Below are positions 18,075-27,347 of a stretch of DNA of 64,000 bases, piece by piece (the first letter of the stretch is position 1; the number at the start of each line of letters is the position of its first letter). Origin of the DNA: a virus. Lineage: Duplodnaviria > Caudoviricetes. The translations under genes were made by a program, and so were the position numbers. The stretch lies in IMG/VR virus record IMGVR_UViG_3300025267_002170; one strand, written 5' to 3'. The notes beneath the pieces were generated by a model that ran no database searches, was not told the origin of the DNA, and saw only the letters and a program-made list of their open reading frames with translations.

Positions 18075-18091
18075 TAAATAGGGATACAATA

Positions 18092-18559
18092 ATGCCCACT
18101 AGCAATAATGAAGCTCTCAATATAGTTGAAATACTTGATGAATACCTAGACGAAGAACAAGCTAGGGAACTAACAGCGCGTCTAGAACAAGAGATAGGGC
18201 AAAAAACCGAAAACGACTCTCTGAAAGTAAGCCTAGAAATGCTGAAGGCTTTATACGAGAGAAAGCCAAAGAGAGAAAATCTTTGCAAGAAAGCGATACT
18301 ATACTCAATTGTATCATTTCATATGTTTATTATAGTAGTAAATATAATGGCCTTCTTTGTTCTTCCCTTTATGTATCCTCTCTGGATGTGGGTTCCAGTT
18401 AATAGTTTTATTCTTACTGTTACATTCACAAGAGAGGTTTGCCCTCTTACGAGACTTGAGAACTATCTCAGAACATCACTTGGGATGTCTCGTATTGGAG
18501 GATTTATCGGTCACTATTTCGTAAAACCAGTTAAGAGGGCGATTAAGAATGCCGCCTAG
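18092..18559 (+). CDS. membrane protein (DUF2784-like C-terminus)
   Basis: two TMs followed by CPLTRLENYLR..GFIGHY. Confidence 0.5.
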   Translation: MPTSNNEALNIVEILDEYLDEEQARELTARLEQEIGQKTENDSLKVSLEMLKALYERKPKRENLCKKAILYSIVSFHMFIIVVNIMAFFVLPFMYPLWMWVPVNSFILTVTFTREVCPLTRLENYLRTSLGMSRIGGFIGHYFVKPVKRAIKNAA

Positions 18560-18794
18560 ACAGATTAGACGAAGAGTAGTACCACAAAAATCAGAAAAGT
18601 ATCCCTATCCCTCAAGATACGGCAGTCATTCTTCAATGATTGACGAGGAAAAAACCGAGGAACTTTCTGATAAAAATCTAGTTGTCTTAGAGGACGAACA
18701 CGGGTACTATATTACTAGCAGAAAAAAATTAGACAGCGGGTTTGCTGACCCTAAAAGGTACGAATTTTCCCGCTTGTCTTTCTATAAAAATTAG
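18549..18794 (+). CDS. hypothetical protein
   Basis: packed ORF. Confidence 0.5.
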   Translation: MPPRQIRRRVVPQKSEKYPYPSRYGSHSSMIDEEKTEELSDKNLVVLEDEHGYYITSRKKLDSGFADPKRYEFSRLSFYKN

Positions 18795-18803
18795 GAGAAA
18801 ACA

Positions 18804-19280
18804 ATGGACAGAAGAAGCTTTTTAAAAACCGGCGTTTTGTCTGCTGCAATCGTTCCGTTTCTCTCGATTGAAGATACTCAAGCAGCAGATGTTCAGATTT
18901 TTATTAAAAATGTAGAAGAATCTATACAAACCAATCGCTTGCACACCTCTCAGCTTTACTTCAACCATTTCCACCAGCCAAACCAAATGTGCTGGGTTTG
19001 GACTCCGCATGGATGGACTATTCAGGCGTGTCCTGCTTACGTTCCTCACACCATGTCCTTTAGAAGTTCTCTTTATGGTTATCATCAGTTAACGCAAAGA
19101 AAAGAGAACGTAAAGCAAATAAATATTAATAACGCAGACTGTATCTATATTTTAGAAAACGGTAGTATTAAAATTTATGATGTAAGAGAGAAAGGAATAA
19201 CTTTCTCCTCTAATGTTCCAAGCTATGCCGCTGGTTTACGAATGGTTGATTCTCACTATAGAAACAGAACGGGAAAATGA
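18804..19280 (+). CDS. Tat-signal exported protein
   Basis: MDRRSFLK twin-arginine motif, hydrophobic core; AGGAG RBS. Confidence 0.65.
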   Translation: MDRRSFLKTGVLSAAIVPFLSIEDTQAADVQIFIKNVEESIQTNRLHTSQLYFNHFHQPNQMCWVWTPHGWTIQACPAYVPHTMSFRSSLYGYHQLTQRKENVKQININNADCIYILENGSIKIYDVREKGITFSSNVPSYAAGLRMVDSHYRNRTGK

Positions 19281-19489
19281 TACCTAACGATTTATTTCCA
19301 AACAGACAAACAAGCATTGCGTATAATTATTTCAAATATAATCTTATAAAAGGAAATACTAAAGAACTCAAACAGCATATAAAAATGCTGTCGATAGAGG
19401 CCGGTAAGCAACACCCTTTTATTGGAAGCTGTGTACTTGAAGTTGTAAATAATATTGATTGGGATTTTATAGAGCTTTACTGCTCTTAA
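19277..19489 (+). CDS. hypothetical protein
   Basis: ATGA overlap. Confidence 0.45.
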   Translation: MIPNDLFPNRQTSIAYNYFKYNLIKGNTKELKQHIKMLSIEAGKQHPFIGSCVLEVVNNIDWDFIELYCS

Positions 19490-19506
19490 TTCCCTTAAAC
19501 TATTTG

Positions 19507-19546
19507 ACTGGCCCGGAGCTATCTAGTGTAGTCTCGGGCTAGTTTT
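19507..19546 (+). terminator. probable terminator hairpin
   Basis: ACTGGCCCGG / TCGGGCTAGT then TTT. Confidence 0.45.
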
Positions 19547-19559
19547 ATATGGAGACGAA

Positions 19560-20645
19560 ATGGAACACTTTAATTTAATAACTCCTATAAACCAGCTTGG
19601 ATATGGTGTTACTGGCCTTAATGTTGCAAAAAGCCTTTCTAAATTGGGGAGAGTTGCCCTTTGGCCACTGGGAAATGTAGATTGTCCTCAAGAGGACACG
19701 CAAAGCATAATACAATTAATAAAAAACAATCAACTGCCAAACTTTAACGCTCCCTGCTTAAGAATATGGCATCAAAATGATATGAGCCAGTTTGTTGGCC
19801 GGGGATTAAGGGCGGGGTTTCCTATATTTGAGCTAGACACATTCACTGAGATAGAGAAATCACATCTTTCCCAGTTAGATAGCTTGATTGTTTGCTCTGA
19901 TTGGGCAAGAAAGGTGTGTATAGAAAATGGAGTAGTCGGGGACAACTCCCGGCCAGTGGTTAGCGTTGCTCCACTCGGTGTTGACGGGCAAGTATTCAAA
20001 CCCCACTTGTCAAACAGAAAAACAACTGTCTTTTTCAATTGCGGGAAGTGGGAGATAAGAAAGGGGCATGATTTAATCGTAGATGCTTTCAATCAGGCCT
20101 TCGTGCCGGAAGACGACGTAGAACTGTGGATGATGTGCAGAAACCCTTTCTTTAGCGACAGCGAGAATGACGAATGGGAGCAGTTATATTTGAAATCTCC
20201 CCTTGGTTCAAAGGTAAAAATAATTTCCAGACAACCCACGCAAAAAGATGTGTATAATATAATGAGAGAGACAGATTGTGGGGTTTTTCCTGCCCGCGCA
20301 GAGGGCTGGAACTTGGAGTTGCTTGAGATGCTCTCTTGTGGTAAACATGTAATAGCCACAGATTATTCTGGGCACACTGAGTTTTGCAGCCATAAAAACA
20401 CCCTTCTCCTCAACGTGAAAAACACAGAAGAAGCTTTTGACGGTAAGTGGTTTCATGGACAGGGCCAATGGGCCAAGCTCACAGATAAAGAAACTGGTTA
20501 CGTTGCATCATTGATGAAATCTGTGCATAGAACAAAACAATCTGGCAGCCTTCCCATGAACGAAGAGGGAATAAAAACGGCCAATCAATTTTCATGGGAA
20601 AATACAGCGGAGAAAATTAGAGATGCCCTCACCACAAAAGAATGA
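19560..20645 (+). CDS. glycosyltransferase, GT4 (GT-B)
   Basis: GKWEIRKGHD, PARAEGWNLELLEMLSCG. Confidence 0.88.
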   Translation: MEHFNLITPINQLGYGVTGLNVAKSLSKLGRVALWPLGNVDCPQEDTQSIIQLIKNNQLPNFNAPCLRIWHQNDMSQFVGRGLRAGFPIFELDTFTEIEKSHLSQLDSLIVCSDWARKVCIENGVVGDNSRPVVSVAPLGVDGQVFKPHLSNRKTTVFFNCGKWEIRKGHDLIVDAFNQAFVPEDDVELWMMCRNPFFSDSENDEWEQLYLKSPLGSKVKIISRQPTQKDVYNIMRETDCGVFPARAEGWNLELLEMLSCGKHVIATDYSGHTEFCSHKNTLLLNVKNTEEAFDGKWFHGQGQWAKLTDKETGYVASLMKSVHRTKQSGSLPMNEEGIKTANQFSWENTAEKIRDALTTKE

Positions 20646-21048
20646 AGAAAAAAGCGCCTTTGTTTCTAGGTGCATGTCCAGTGACGAATCTAAAAAAAGC
20701 TTTCCAGACCAAGACCAAAGGGTTGCATTTTGTCATAGTCAGTGGTCGAAAAGCAAAGGCCAATCTAAAATCACTGTGTATGTTTATAAAAATCCAAAAA
20801 CAAATGAGCTTCATTATTTTGATAGGCGGGGAGCTTACGAAAGAGACGGTGTTAACTTAGTATTTATTAGGAGAGATACAATGGGCAATGAACATATTTT
20901 AAACAAGGCTGCCAAACTCTACGCCGATGAAAAGGCTGGATATCCACCAAATTGTAACGAAGGATACGTTGAGAAGAATGGAAAATGTGTTCCTATGAAC
21001 GAAGCTGAATGGACTGAATATAAAAAGAACAAAAAGAAAAAACACTAA
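20623..21048 (+). CDS. phage hypothetical protein
   Basis: FVSRCM..FPDQDQRVAFCHSQW and C..GY....KCVP Cys motifs. Confidence 0.55.
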   Translation: MPSPQKNEEKSAFVSRCMSSDESKKSFPDQDQRVAFCHSQWSKSKGQSKITVYVYKNPKTNELHYFDRRGAYERDGVNLVFIRRDTMGNEHILNKAAKLYADEKAGYPPNCNEGYVEKNGKCVPMNEAEWTEYKKNKKKKH

Positions 21049-21059
21049 GGGAGTCAACA

Positions 21060-21272
21060 ATGTTAGACGTTATTAAGAATCACTGGATGTGTCTATTAGT
21101 AGGTATTGCGATGGGCTGGGGACTTCAGTTCTGTCCAATTTTTCATATGGGACATGCGTGTCCGGTTCTAAATGGCGAGAAGGTTTGTCAGTGCGAAACT
21201 TGCTGTGGCGCTTGTGATTGCGTCGAGGCTTGTACCGATGGTAACTGCCCCTGCTGCGCCGCTCACGATTAG
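21060..21272 (+). CDS. membrane-anchored metallothionein-like Cys-rich protein
   Basis: hydrophobic N-terminus; 10 Cys in last ~28 aa. Confidence 0.55.
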   Translation: MLDVIKNHWMCLLVGIAMGWGLQFCPIFHMGHACPVLNGEKVCQCETCCGACDCVEACTDGNCPCCAAHD

Positions 21273-21301
21273 TAGTCAGCAATAAATCGAGGAATACAAA
21301 G

Positions 21302-21598
21302 ATGGATAATCCAATTTTAGAAGCTATCAATCTACATTTTGCCGCAAAGAAAGCAGAGGCAATTGCTAGATTAAACATCTATGTAAGAAATCCTGTTGGT
21401 GTTGGGGAACATCCCAATATCGTAGAGGAGGCTATAAAAGCTGTTGAGGACTGTGAACATGCGGACAGTTGTATTTCAATGCTTGAAACCATAACTGCGC
21501 CAAATCAATCACAGTCTCCAGTTTCCCCAACTCCAGCAGGACCGCAGCCGTCACCACAGTACCCAAATAAGGGTGAGGCTGTAGAAGTTTCTTCTTAA
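21302..21598 (+). CDS. phage hypothetical protein
   Basis: NPVGVGEHPNIVEE; Pro-rich tail; GAGGA RBS. Confidence 0.6.
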   Translation: MDNPILEAINLHFAAKKAEAIARLNIYVRNPVGVGEHPNIVEEAIKAVEDCEHADSCISMLETITAPNQSQSPVSPTPAGPQPSPQYPNKGEAVEVSS

Positions 21599-21611
21599 GA
21601 TAGAATAAACA

Positions 21612-21986
21612 ATGAGCACATTTAAGGTCTGCGCGAGACTGGGAATAACCTCCTACTCTACTTCGGGAAAAGGACAGTTTAAACTTCTGGTTCCAGAAGA
21701 TAACGAAATTCCATCCATTAGAGTGTTTGGAAATTCTGACATAGACCATTCTTTGGAAAAAATTTCTAGACAATATCTAGGATATTCTTTTGATTGGTTA
21801 ACACTGGTTCTTTTGTCTGTAAATAAAACAGGGGAAGAGATTTATATAAATTATTGCTGCATGGTTCCACCAGAGTCTACGATTAAAAAAGGAAGGTGGG
21901 AGAACTATGTAACCATTTACCAGAATACTGAAGGAAAGTATCAAGGATATGAAGAAATCTTGGCAAACATTTCTAAAATTATTTAA
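21612..21986 (+). CDS. hypothetical protein
   Basis: packed ORF. Confidence 0.5.
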   Translation: MSTFKVCARLGITSYSTSGKGQFKLLVPEDNEIPSIRVFGNSDIDHSLEKISRQYLGYSFDWLTLVLLSVNKTGEEIYINYCCMVPPESTIKKGRWENYVTIYQNTEGKYQGYEEILANISKII

Positions 21987-22356
21987 AAAAGAGGAGAGTC
22001 CTGAACCACCTGAAGAAATAACCGACGAATCTCTTGAAGAAGGCGACGTGAGTGAAGACGAGATTGCTGCCTCCCTAGAGTTTCAAGTCTTAAGAGATGG
22101 ATATACATATGTTGCCTGTTCTTTTGGCGACGGAGCAGAAGACATAGCCGCGTTCACCGAACTTCTAAATCAGGTTAATACTGGCATTTTACTACAAGAC
22201 ACCCTAAAGATTATTTTAGAAACATGTGTAGAACAAGAGCGCCTTGGTGTTTATCTCCTGATAGTAGCTGCCCTAGAAGCAGGGGAAAATTCTGCTGTAG
22301 TTAAACCAACAGATGCTCTAAATCCTAACTCAGATATCTTCCCAAACTCCCTATAG
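21949..22356 (+). CDS. acidic hypothetical protein
   Basis: packed ORF. Confidence 0.55.
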   Translation: MKKSWQTFLKLFKKEESPEPPEEITDESLEEGDVSEDEIAASLEFQVLRDGYTYVACSFGDGAEDIAAFTELLNQVNTGILLQDTLKIILETCVEQERLGVYLLIVAALEAGENSAVVKPTDALNPNSDIFPNSL

Positions 22357-22366
22357 GAGTACGACC

Positions 22367-22978
22367 ATGTCAGAAAATTTAATAGCGTGGGAAAAATGGG
22401 ACGACGACATAATTGAACAGGAAGCAGCTTCCAACTACAACCTAGAAGGCTTAGATGAAGAAGAAATTATTGAAGCCATGGGTCTGGCTGAAAGAATTCC
22501 AAATCTTGTAGTTACACCCTTGGGTATGTACAAGCTTCACGATAAGCTAAGCCCGTCTAAGCAATTCGATTGTTGGGTTGGTCATACTAATTTTGACATA
22601 ACCCCGGCAATTATAAGCACCATAGAAGTAATAGACGGTGTTGAAGCCCTTAAGGCAATAACAAGGTATAAGTTTTTTCTAGGTATCGGAAATCTATTCG
22701 ATTTTAAAAAGATAAGGCTAGAAATAGAGAGGGAAATTTTAGGAAAGCACGAAAACGAAGAAGACGGTTTGGATTTAGATAACGATGTTCTTTTTGAGAT
22801 TAAAAGATTAAAGCTAGAACTATCAAAAAAGAACCACTGGGCAATATTTATTTTTCCAAATGGAGAAATTAGCTCAGTCTGCGCTGACACTCAGGACGAT
22901 GAAAACTACATGCAAAAGTTATCTATATATATCCACGCAAAGAGTTTGTCTGGAGGAATCTTACTAACAAATGACTGA
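22367..22978 (+). CDS. hypothetical protein
   Basis: AGGAG RBS; 203 aa. Confidence 0.65.
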   Translation: MSENLIAWEKWDDDIIEQEAASNYNLEGLDEEEIIEAMGLAERIPNLVVTPLGMYKLHDKLSPSKQFDCWVGHTNFDITPAIISTIEVIDGVEALKAITRYKFFLGIGNLFDFKKIRLEIEREILGKHENEEDGLDLDNDVLFEIKRLKLELSKKNHWAIFIFPNGEISSVCADTQDDENYMQKLSIYIHAKSLSGGILLTND

Positions 22979-22987
22979 GGATTTAAA

Positions 22988-23476
22988 GTGGACACGGAAG
23001 TATCATCAGAAGATTTTGAAGTATCTCTTAATAAAGAGGATACCAAGAGGGTTTTCGGATTTTTGGCAAAGAAATATTACAGAAGCATGCCTATCGACGA
23101 GATAGAATCATGCCAGCTGATAGGACTTTGGAAAGCCCTTAAAAAATACGACATCGCAAAAAAGAGAAAGTTCTCAAACTTCCTATACGTCAGTATAGAC
23201 TGGGAATGTAAGCTCTACCTAAGAAGAAATCGTAGAAGGTATCTCACCTGCGATACTTTTCTAGGAGATAGCGGGGATTACGAGCTTGTAGAACTTTTAG
23301 ATATAGTGGACTCTCTAAGTCCAAGGCTAAAAAGGGTAGTAAAACAGAGGTTTTTTTATAATCTCACTATGGAAGAGATTGGCGATGCCAATGATTACAG
23401 TAGGGAAACCGCAAGAAGATACCTTAAGGAAGCTATGGAACAATTGCAATCCCACAGAAATAGAATCATCGACTAG
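22988..23476 (+). CDS. sigma-70 family sigma factor #2
   Basis: IGLWKALKKYD..KFSNFL; LSPRLKRVVKQRF..TMEEIG....SRETARR. Confidence 0.8.
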   Translation: MDTEVSSEDFEVSLNKEDTKRVFGFLAKKYYRSMPIDEIESCQLIGLWKALKKYDIAKKRKFSNFLYVSIDWECKLYLRRNRRRYLTCDTFLGDSGDYELVELLDIVDSLSPRLKRVVKQRFFYNLTMEEIGDANDYSRETARRYLKEAMEQLQSHRNRIID

Positions 23477-23563
23477 TACAATTGGTGTATAATATACTAG
23501 GACTGGACTCTATATTATAGGAAAAAAAGGACCAATAAAGCGCCATATGAAAGGTGTTTTATC

Positions 23564-24235
23564 ATGTCAGTAGGTACAAAGTTTACGAGAGTTGTTTCCA
23601 CCACAGACAACACAGACACTGCTCCAGTACAAAAAGAAGGTGGAAGCGCAATTGGCGTCACAGATGCCAGCACGGTTACTACCGGTAACCCCATTACGAA
23701 GACCTTTAATCTTCGTGACAACGCCGACGACGGCGCGGTTAGACGCTCAAGAGTTTTAGCCATCAATGGCGGAACTCAGGCGACTCCGGTTGGCGTAACA
23801 GGCGTTCAGACTGCCAAGGGTAGCGGAACCATCGCATTTGAACCCGGCGTCGCTGGTCATTCCATCTCGAATGGCAACGGCTGGATTATTAGAGGCTGGT
23901 CTGACTATATCAACAATACCAGTAACACAGCCATCTACTTCCCGTCGTCCGACGATGGCACGCGCAAGGCTCTTAACACTACGTTTAGACAGCATGGCGC
24001 AGCAACCGCTACTGCTCATCGCGCTCGATACTGGAACCCAGTTGGCATTTCTGGGGAACGTGGCAACTGGTCAACCTATCCCTCTGCCGCCAACGAAGTT
24101 TACCGAGACTCGTCTGGTGGGTCAGCACTTACTGCCCTAGCAGAGTACCCGACCCTAGCGATTCCCGGCGAATTGACTTACCTCGAAACGGGCAAGACGC
24201 CTACTCAGGCAGACTACCCGGCAAAGAACGGCTAA
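23564..24235 (+). CDS. G/T/A/S-rich hypothetical protein, possibly virion structural
   Basis: own RBS and terminator; composition typical of structural proteins (inference). Confidence 0.5.
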   Translation: MSVGTKFTRVVSTTDNTDTAPVQKEGGSAIGVTDASTVTTGNPITKTFNLRDNADDGAVRRSRVLAINGGTQATPVGVTGVQTAKGSGTIAFEPGVAGHSISNGNGWIIRGWSDYINNTSNTAIYFPSSDDGTRKALNTTFRQHGAATATAHRARYWNPVGISGERGNWSTYPSAANEVYRDSSGGSALTALAEYPTLAIPGELTYLETGKTPTQADYPAKNG

Positions 24236-24262
24236 TTTTTTTAGCAGTCTAGCATGTCCAAG

Positions 24263-24298
24263 GAGGGGACTGGCCGCTTGACCGGTCCCCTCTTTTTT
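24263..24298 (+). terminator. Rho-independent terminator
   Basis: GAGGGGACTGG / CCGGTCCCCTC then T6. Confidence 0.85.
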
Positions 24299-24320
24299 CT
24301 TTGAAAAGAGAGAGTCTATC

Positions 24321-24641
24321 ATGGAATCCATTTTTTCCGTTCCAGTGTTGGCGACTATTGTTGTAGTGGTTGTAGGACTCGGAAAGATTATTGAAATTCT
24401 TGTCACTAAATCAATTCGAAAACAGTCAGTCCTAATGGACGAAGAAAGAGATTGGTTAAAAGATATGCATGAAGTCATGTCAAAATGTGATGTAGATGGA
24501 ACTCCATTAGTTTATGTTCCTAGAAGTTGGGCGGAAATTCAGAAGGATATGCAGCAGGTAATAACAAAATTGGTCGGTGACCAAAGAAGAATAGCGGATA
24601 TATTAGACAGGATTGACAAAAAATTAGAAGAGCCAAAGTAA
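24321..24641 (+). CDS. single-TM protein with C-terminal coiled coil (holin-like)
   Basis: N-terminal TM; directly precedes NlpC/P60 gene. Confidence 0.4.
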   Translation: MESIFSVPVLATIVVVVVGLGKIIEILVTKSIRKQSVLMDEERDWLKDMHEVMSKCDVDGTPLVYVPRSWAEIQKDMQQVITKLVGDQRRIADILDRIDKKLEEPK

Positions 24642-25297
24642 TGATTAATCTAGTTCCCTACCACGAAGCAATCAACTATGTTCAAGAAGCTGATGTTTTA
24701 CTGTTTCGTGGTAGGGGTCTGATAAGCTGGCTAATAAAAAGATATGGAAGCGGGGTGCATAGTCACGCGGCTATGGCCCACTGGGATGGGGATAACATTG
24801 AATGCGTGGAGTTTAGGGAATTTCGCGGAGGTAGGTCGGTGTCTCTTAAAACACAAGTAGACACTCATCCAGATAACATAGATGTTTTTAGACCATCAAA
24901 TCTCATATCCTATAATCAATTTTCATCTTGGCCTGAAAACAACGAGAATCGTTCCGTAAAAGTTGAGTACGAAAATAAGCAACTCGAATATAAATTTGAT
25001 GCGGGAGTTGCAAAAAACGTTACGGATACGATGTTAAAGCTTACTGGTCTTCCTTATGGCTGGAAGAACTTTGTCAAGCTTGGAAAACACTATCTTCCTT
25101 TTTGCAGGCTCGCACCACAAAATATCAAAGATGATGAACCCAACGAGGTTTTTGTGTGTAGCACAGCCGTAACCTATGCTTACCGAATTAATTACTTAGA
25201 CCCATGTCCCTTTTTGGCAGACGCGGCCACAACGCCAGCCGATTTGGCTCGCTCTCCTTTGTTTAAGTATCAGTTCACCCTCGAAAAAGATTGGTAA
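24641..25297 (+). CDS. permuted papain-like NlpC/P60 (YiiX/YebB-like) enzyme
   Basis: ADVLLF, SHAAM (His) before LPY and VCSTAV (Cys), TPADL. Confidence 0.8.
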   Translation: MINLVPYHEAINYVQEADVLLFRGRGLISWLIKRYGSGVHSHAAMAHWDGDNIECVEFREFRGGRSVSLKTQVDTHPDNIDVFRPSNLISYNQFSSWPENNENRSVKVEYENKQLEYKFDAGVAKNVTDTMLKLTGLPYGWKNFVKLGKHYLPFCRLAPQNIKDDEPNEVFVCSTAVTYAYRINYLDPCPFLADAATTPADLARSPLFKYQFTLEKDW

Positions 25298-25303
25298 GCT
25301 ATA

Positions 25304-27325
25304 ATGAATAAGCTAATATTCTCAATCGTTTTTGGATTGGGTGTGTTGCTTTCTAGCATCGCAGAAGCAAAACCCCTAACGATGGACCAAGCCCTAGAGG
25401 CTGTTTGTAGAGTCAGTACAAGTGGAGCTAGAGGAAGCGGTACAGTATTTGCAGAAGACGAAGATAAGTATTTTATTCTAACTAATGGACACGTTATAGA
25501 CCGCGCCAGAAGAGGGCATGTAGAATTTTTTCAGAGTGGCTACAAGTCTGCCATGCTACCGTTTAAGACTGAATATGTCGAATATAAAGATGGCACTGCT
25601 CTTGACCTAGCCGTAATTTCTGTAAAAAAGAAATACTTTGGTAGATATCCACCAAGAATTATCCCTCTTGCCCCAAAGGGTACAGAAATCAAGCCAAACG
25701 ATTATATTATGGCTGGCGGTTGTCCAAGCGGACAGTGGGCCATGGCTTGGTACGGTAGAGTTATAAGAAATACCGGTGCTGTCGTAAGCTTTAACGCTGC
25801 TCCAATAGGTGGTCAATCTGGTAGTGGCGTTCTCGTCCTAATCAAAGATGAAAAGGATGAACTTCAAACTCGCATAGGTGTTTTACTTGCTTGGCGAGTC
25901 GGAGATGGCGCTTGGACAGACGATGGACCAGATGACTACGGCGCTGGTCTATCTCTTAAACAAATCTATGAAATTATTGAAGGTAACGGTCATGGACATC
26001 CAATCGAAACTTCTTACAGAGTTGTCCGCGATGGCCACGACCACCCAAAAGAAAAAACTTCTAAGCCCCAACCGGAACGAATGAAAAAGGTTTGCCCTCA
26101 ATGCAAGCAAGGGATGGGTGAACATATCATAATTCCAGAAAAGGGTGGCCTAAGAAGAACCAAAAACGGCGAATTCATGTACTGCCCCATTGTAACTCTT
26201 GAAGATGGCAGCATGCGCAAGAGTCTAGATTTCTTTAAGGGCATAAAGATTAAAGAGCTATATAACGGAGAAGGTCTTTTCCCTTGGTGTCCATTCAACA
26301 ACCCGTGCCCACCACCAAACCCAAACCCACAGCCACCCGGAGGTGGTCCCCCAGATGGTGGAGGCGGGTTCAATGGTTGGCCGGGAAGACCAGACCCCGG
26401 TGGTCCTGTAGAACCGGGTCCAGACTTCGACAAAGAACGTCAAGAATATCTTGATATGATTGTAGAGCTTAAAGAGAAGCTAACAAATTTAGAAGCCCTG
26501 CATGAAAGTCTAAAGGCTGAATTGTCTGGGGTATCTGGGAACCTATCAAGTTCTCAAAACGAAATCAATGGACTGAAAGACCTTCTCGGAAGAGTTGAAG
26601 GCGAAAAGGGTTCGCTTTCTTCTAGGATAGAAAACCTGCTTGTTTTAATTGGCAAAAAGGATAAGTTAATCGAAGGCTCAGAACATTACCTTGATGATAT
26701 GACTGGCGGAAACGGTAACACTGTAGAAAACGTTAGTCTAACCCTAGGTGGCATGAGCCTTGGGGCGTTGGCTCTAAAATATGGAGTGCCTTTGGTACTA
26801 GGAAGAATTGGAAGAAGGCGTCGAAGGAAAGATGAAGAAGAAGAAGAAGAAGAAAATGAAGAAAATTGTGACAATGAGACAGAGGGATTGGGGTATAATA
26901 GTGATGATGGCTGTGATTGTGAATCTAAGAAACATGAGCATATTCATGAACATTTTCACAAATATGAACATCCCAATGGCGGGTTTGTCATGACGCCAGA
27001 TGAGCTTCCAAACCCTCAAACTACTTACGAGATAGATGAAAACTTGAAGAATCAAGTAGAGGGGAGCAGCGGACTCAATCCGGGCTTTGTTCCCTACGGT
27101 CTTCCAGTTTCTTCGCCATACTATCAACAACCAGTAGCTGCTCATGGCCTCCCGCCTCAGTTTATTAACATTCCTTTCGCTACAAGAAAGAAAGTTACCG
27201 CTGAGCAAATCATGACTATAATTGGAGAACTAGTCAACGAATATACTGATGACCAAACCATGACTGTTAATCAAATTAACACGCTACTTAGACAAAGATT
27301 GAAAGAAAAATTTAACGTCGACTAA
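25304..27325 (+). CDS. membrane-anchored trypsin-like serine protease
   Basis: signal peptide; TNGHV/DLAVI/GQSGSG triad; Pro-Gly linker, coiled coil, TM then RRRRRK. Confidence 0.8.
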   Translation: MNKLIFSIVFGLGVLLSSIAEAKPLTMDQALEAVCRVSTSGARGSGTVFAEDEDKYFILTNGHVIDRARRGHVEFFQSGYKSAMLPFKTEYVEYKDGTALDLAVISVKKKYFGRYPPRIIPLAPKGTEIKPNDYIMAGGCPSGQWAMAWYGRVIRNTGAVVSFNAAPIGGQSGSGVLVLIKDEKDELQTRIGVLLAWRVGDGAWTDDGPDDYGAGLSLKQIYEIIEGNGHGHPIETSYRVVRDGHDHPKEKTSKPQPERMKKVCPQCKQGMGEHIIIPEKGGLRRTKNGEFMYCPIVTLEDGSMRKSLDFFKGIKIKELYNGEGLFPWCPFNNPCPPPNPNPQPPGGGPPDGGGGFNGWPGRPDPGGPVEPGPDFDKERQEYLDMIVELKEKLTNLEALHESLKAELSGVSGNLSSSQNEINGLKDLLGRVEGEKGSLSSRIENLLVLIGKKDKLIEGSEHYLDDMTGGNGNTVENVSLTLGGMSLGALALKYGVPLVLGRIGRRRRRKDEEEEEEENEENCDNETEGLGYNSDDGCDCESKKHEHIHEHFHKYEHPNGGFVMTPDELPNPQTTYEIDENLKNQVEGSSGLNPGFVPYGLPVSSPYYQQPVAAHGLPPQFINIPFATRKKVTAEQIMTIIGELVNEYTDDQTMTVNQINTLLRQRLKEKFNVD

Positions 27326-27347
27326 TCCCATAAGGAGGGTATTAAAC

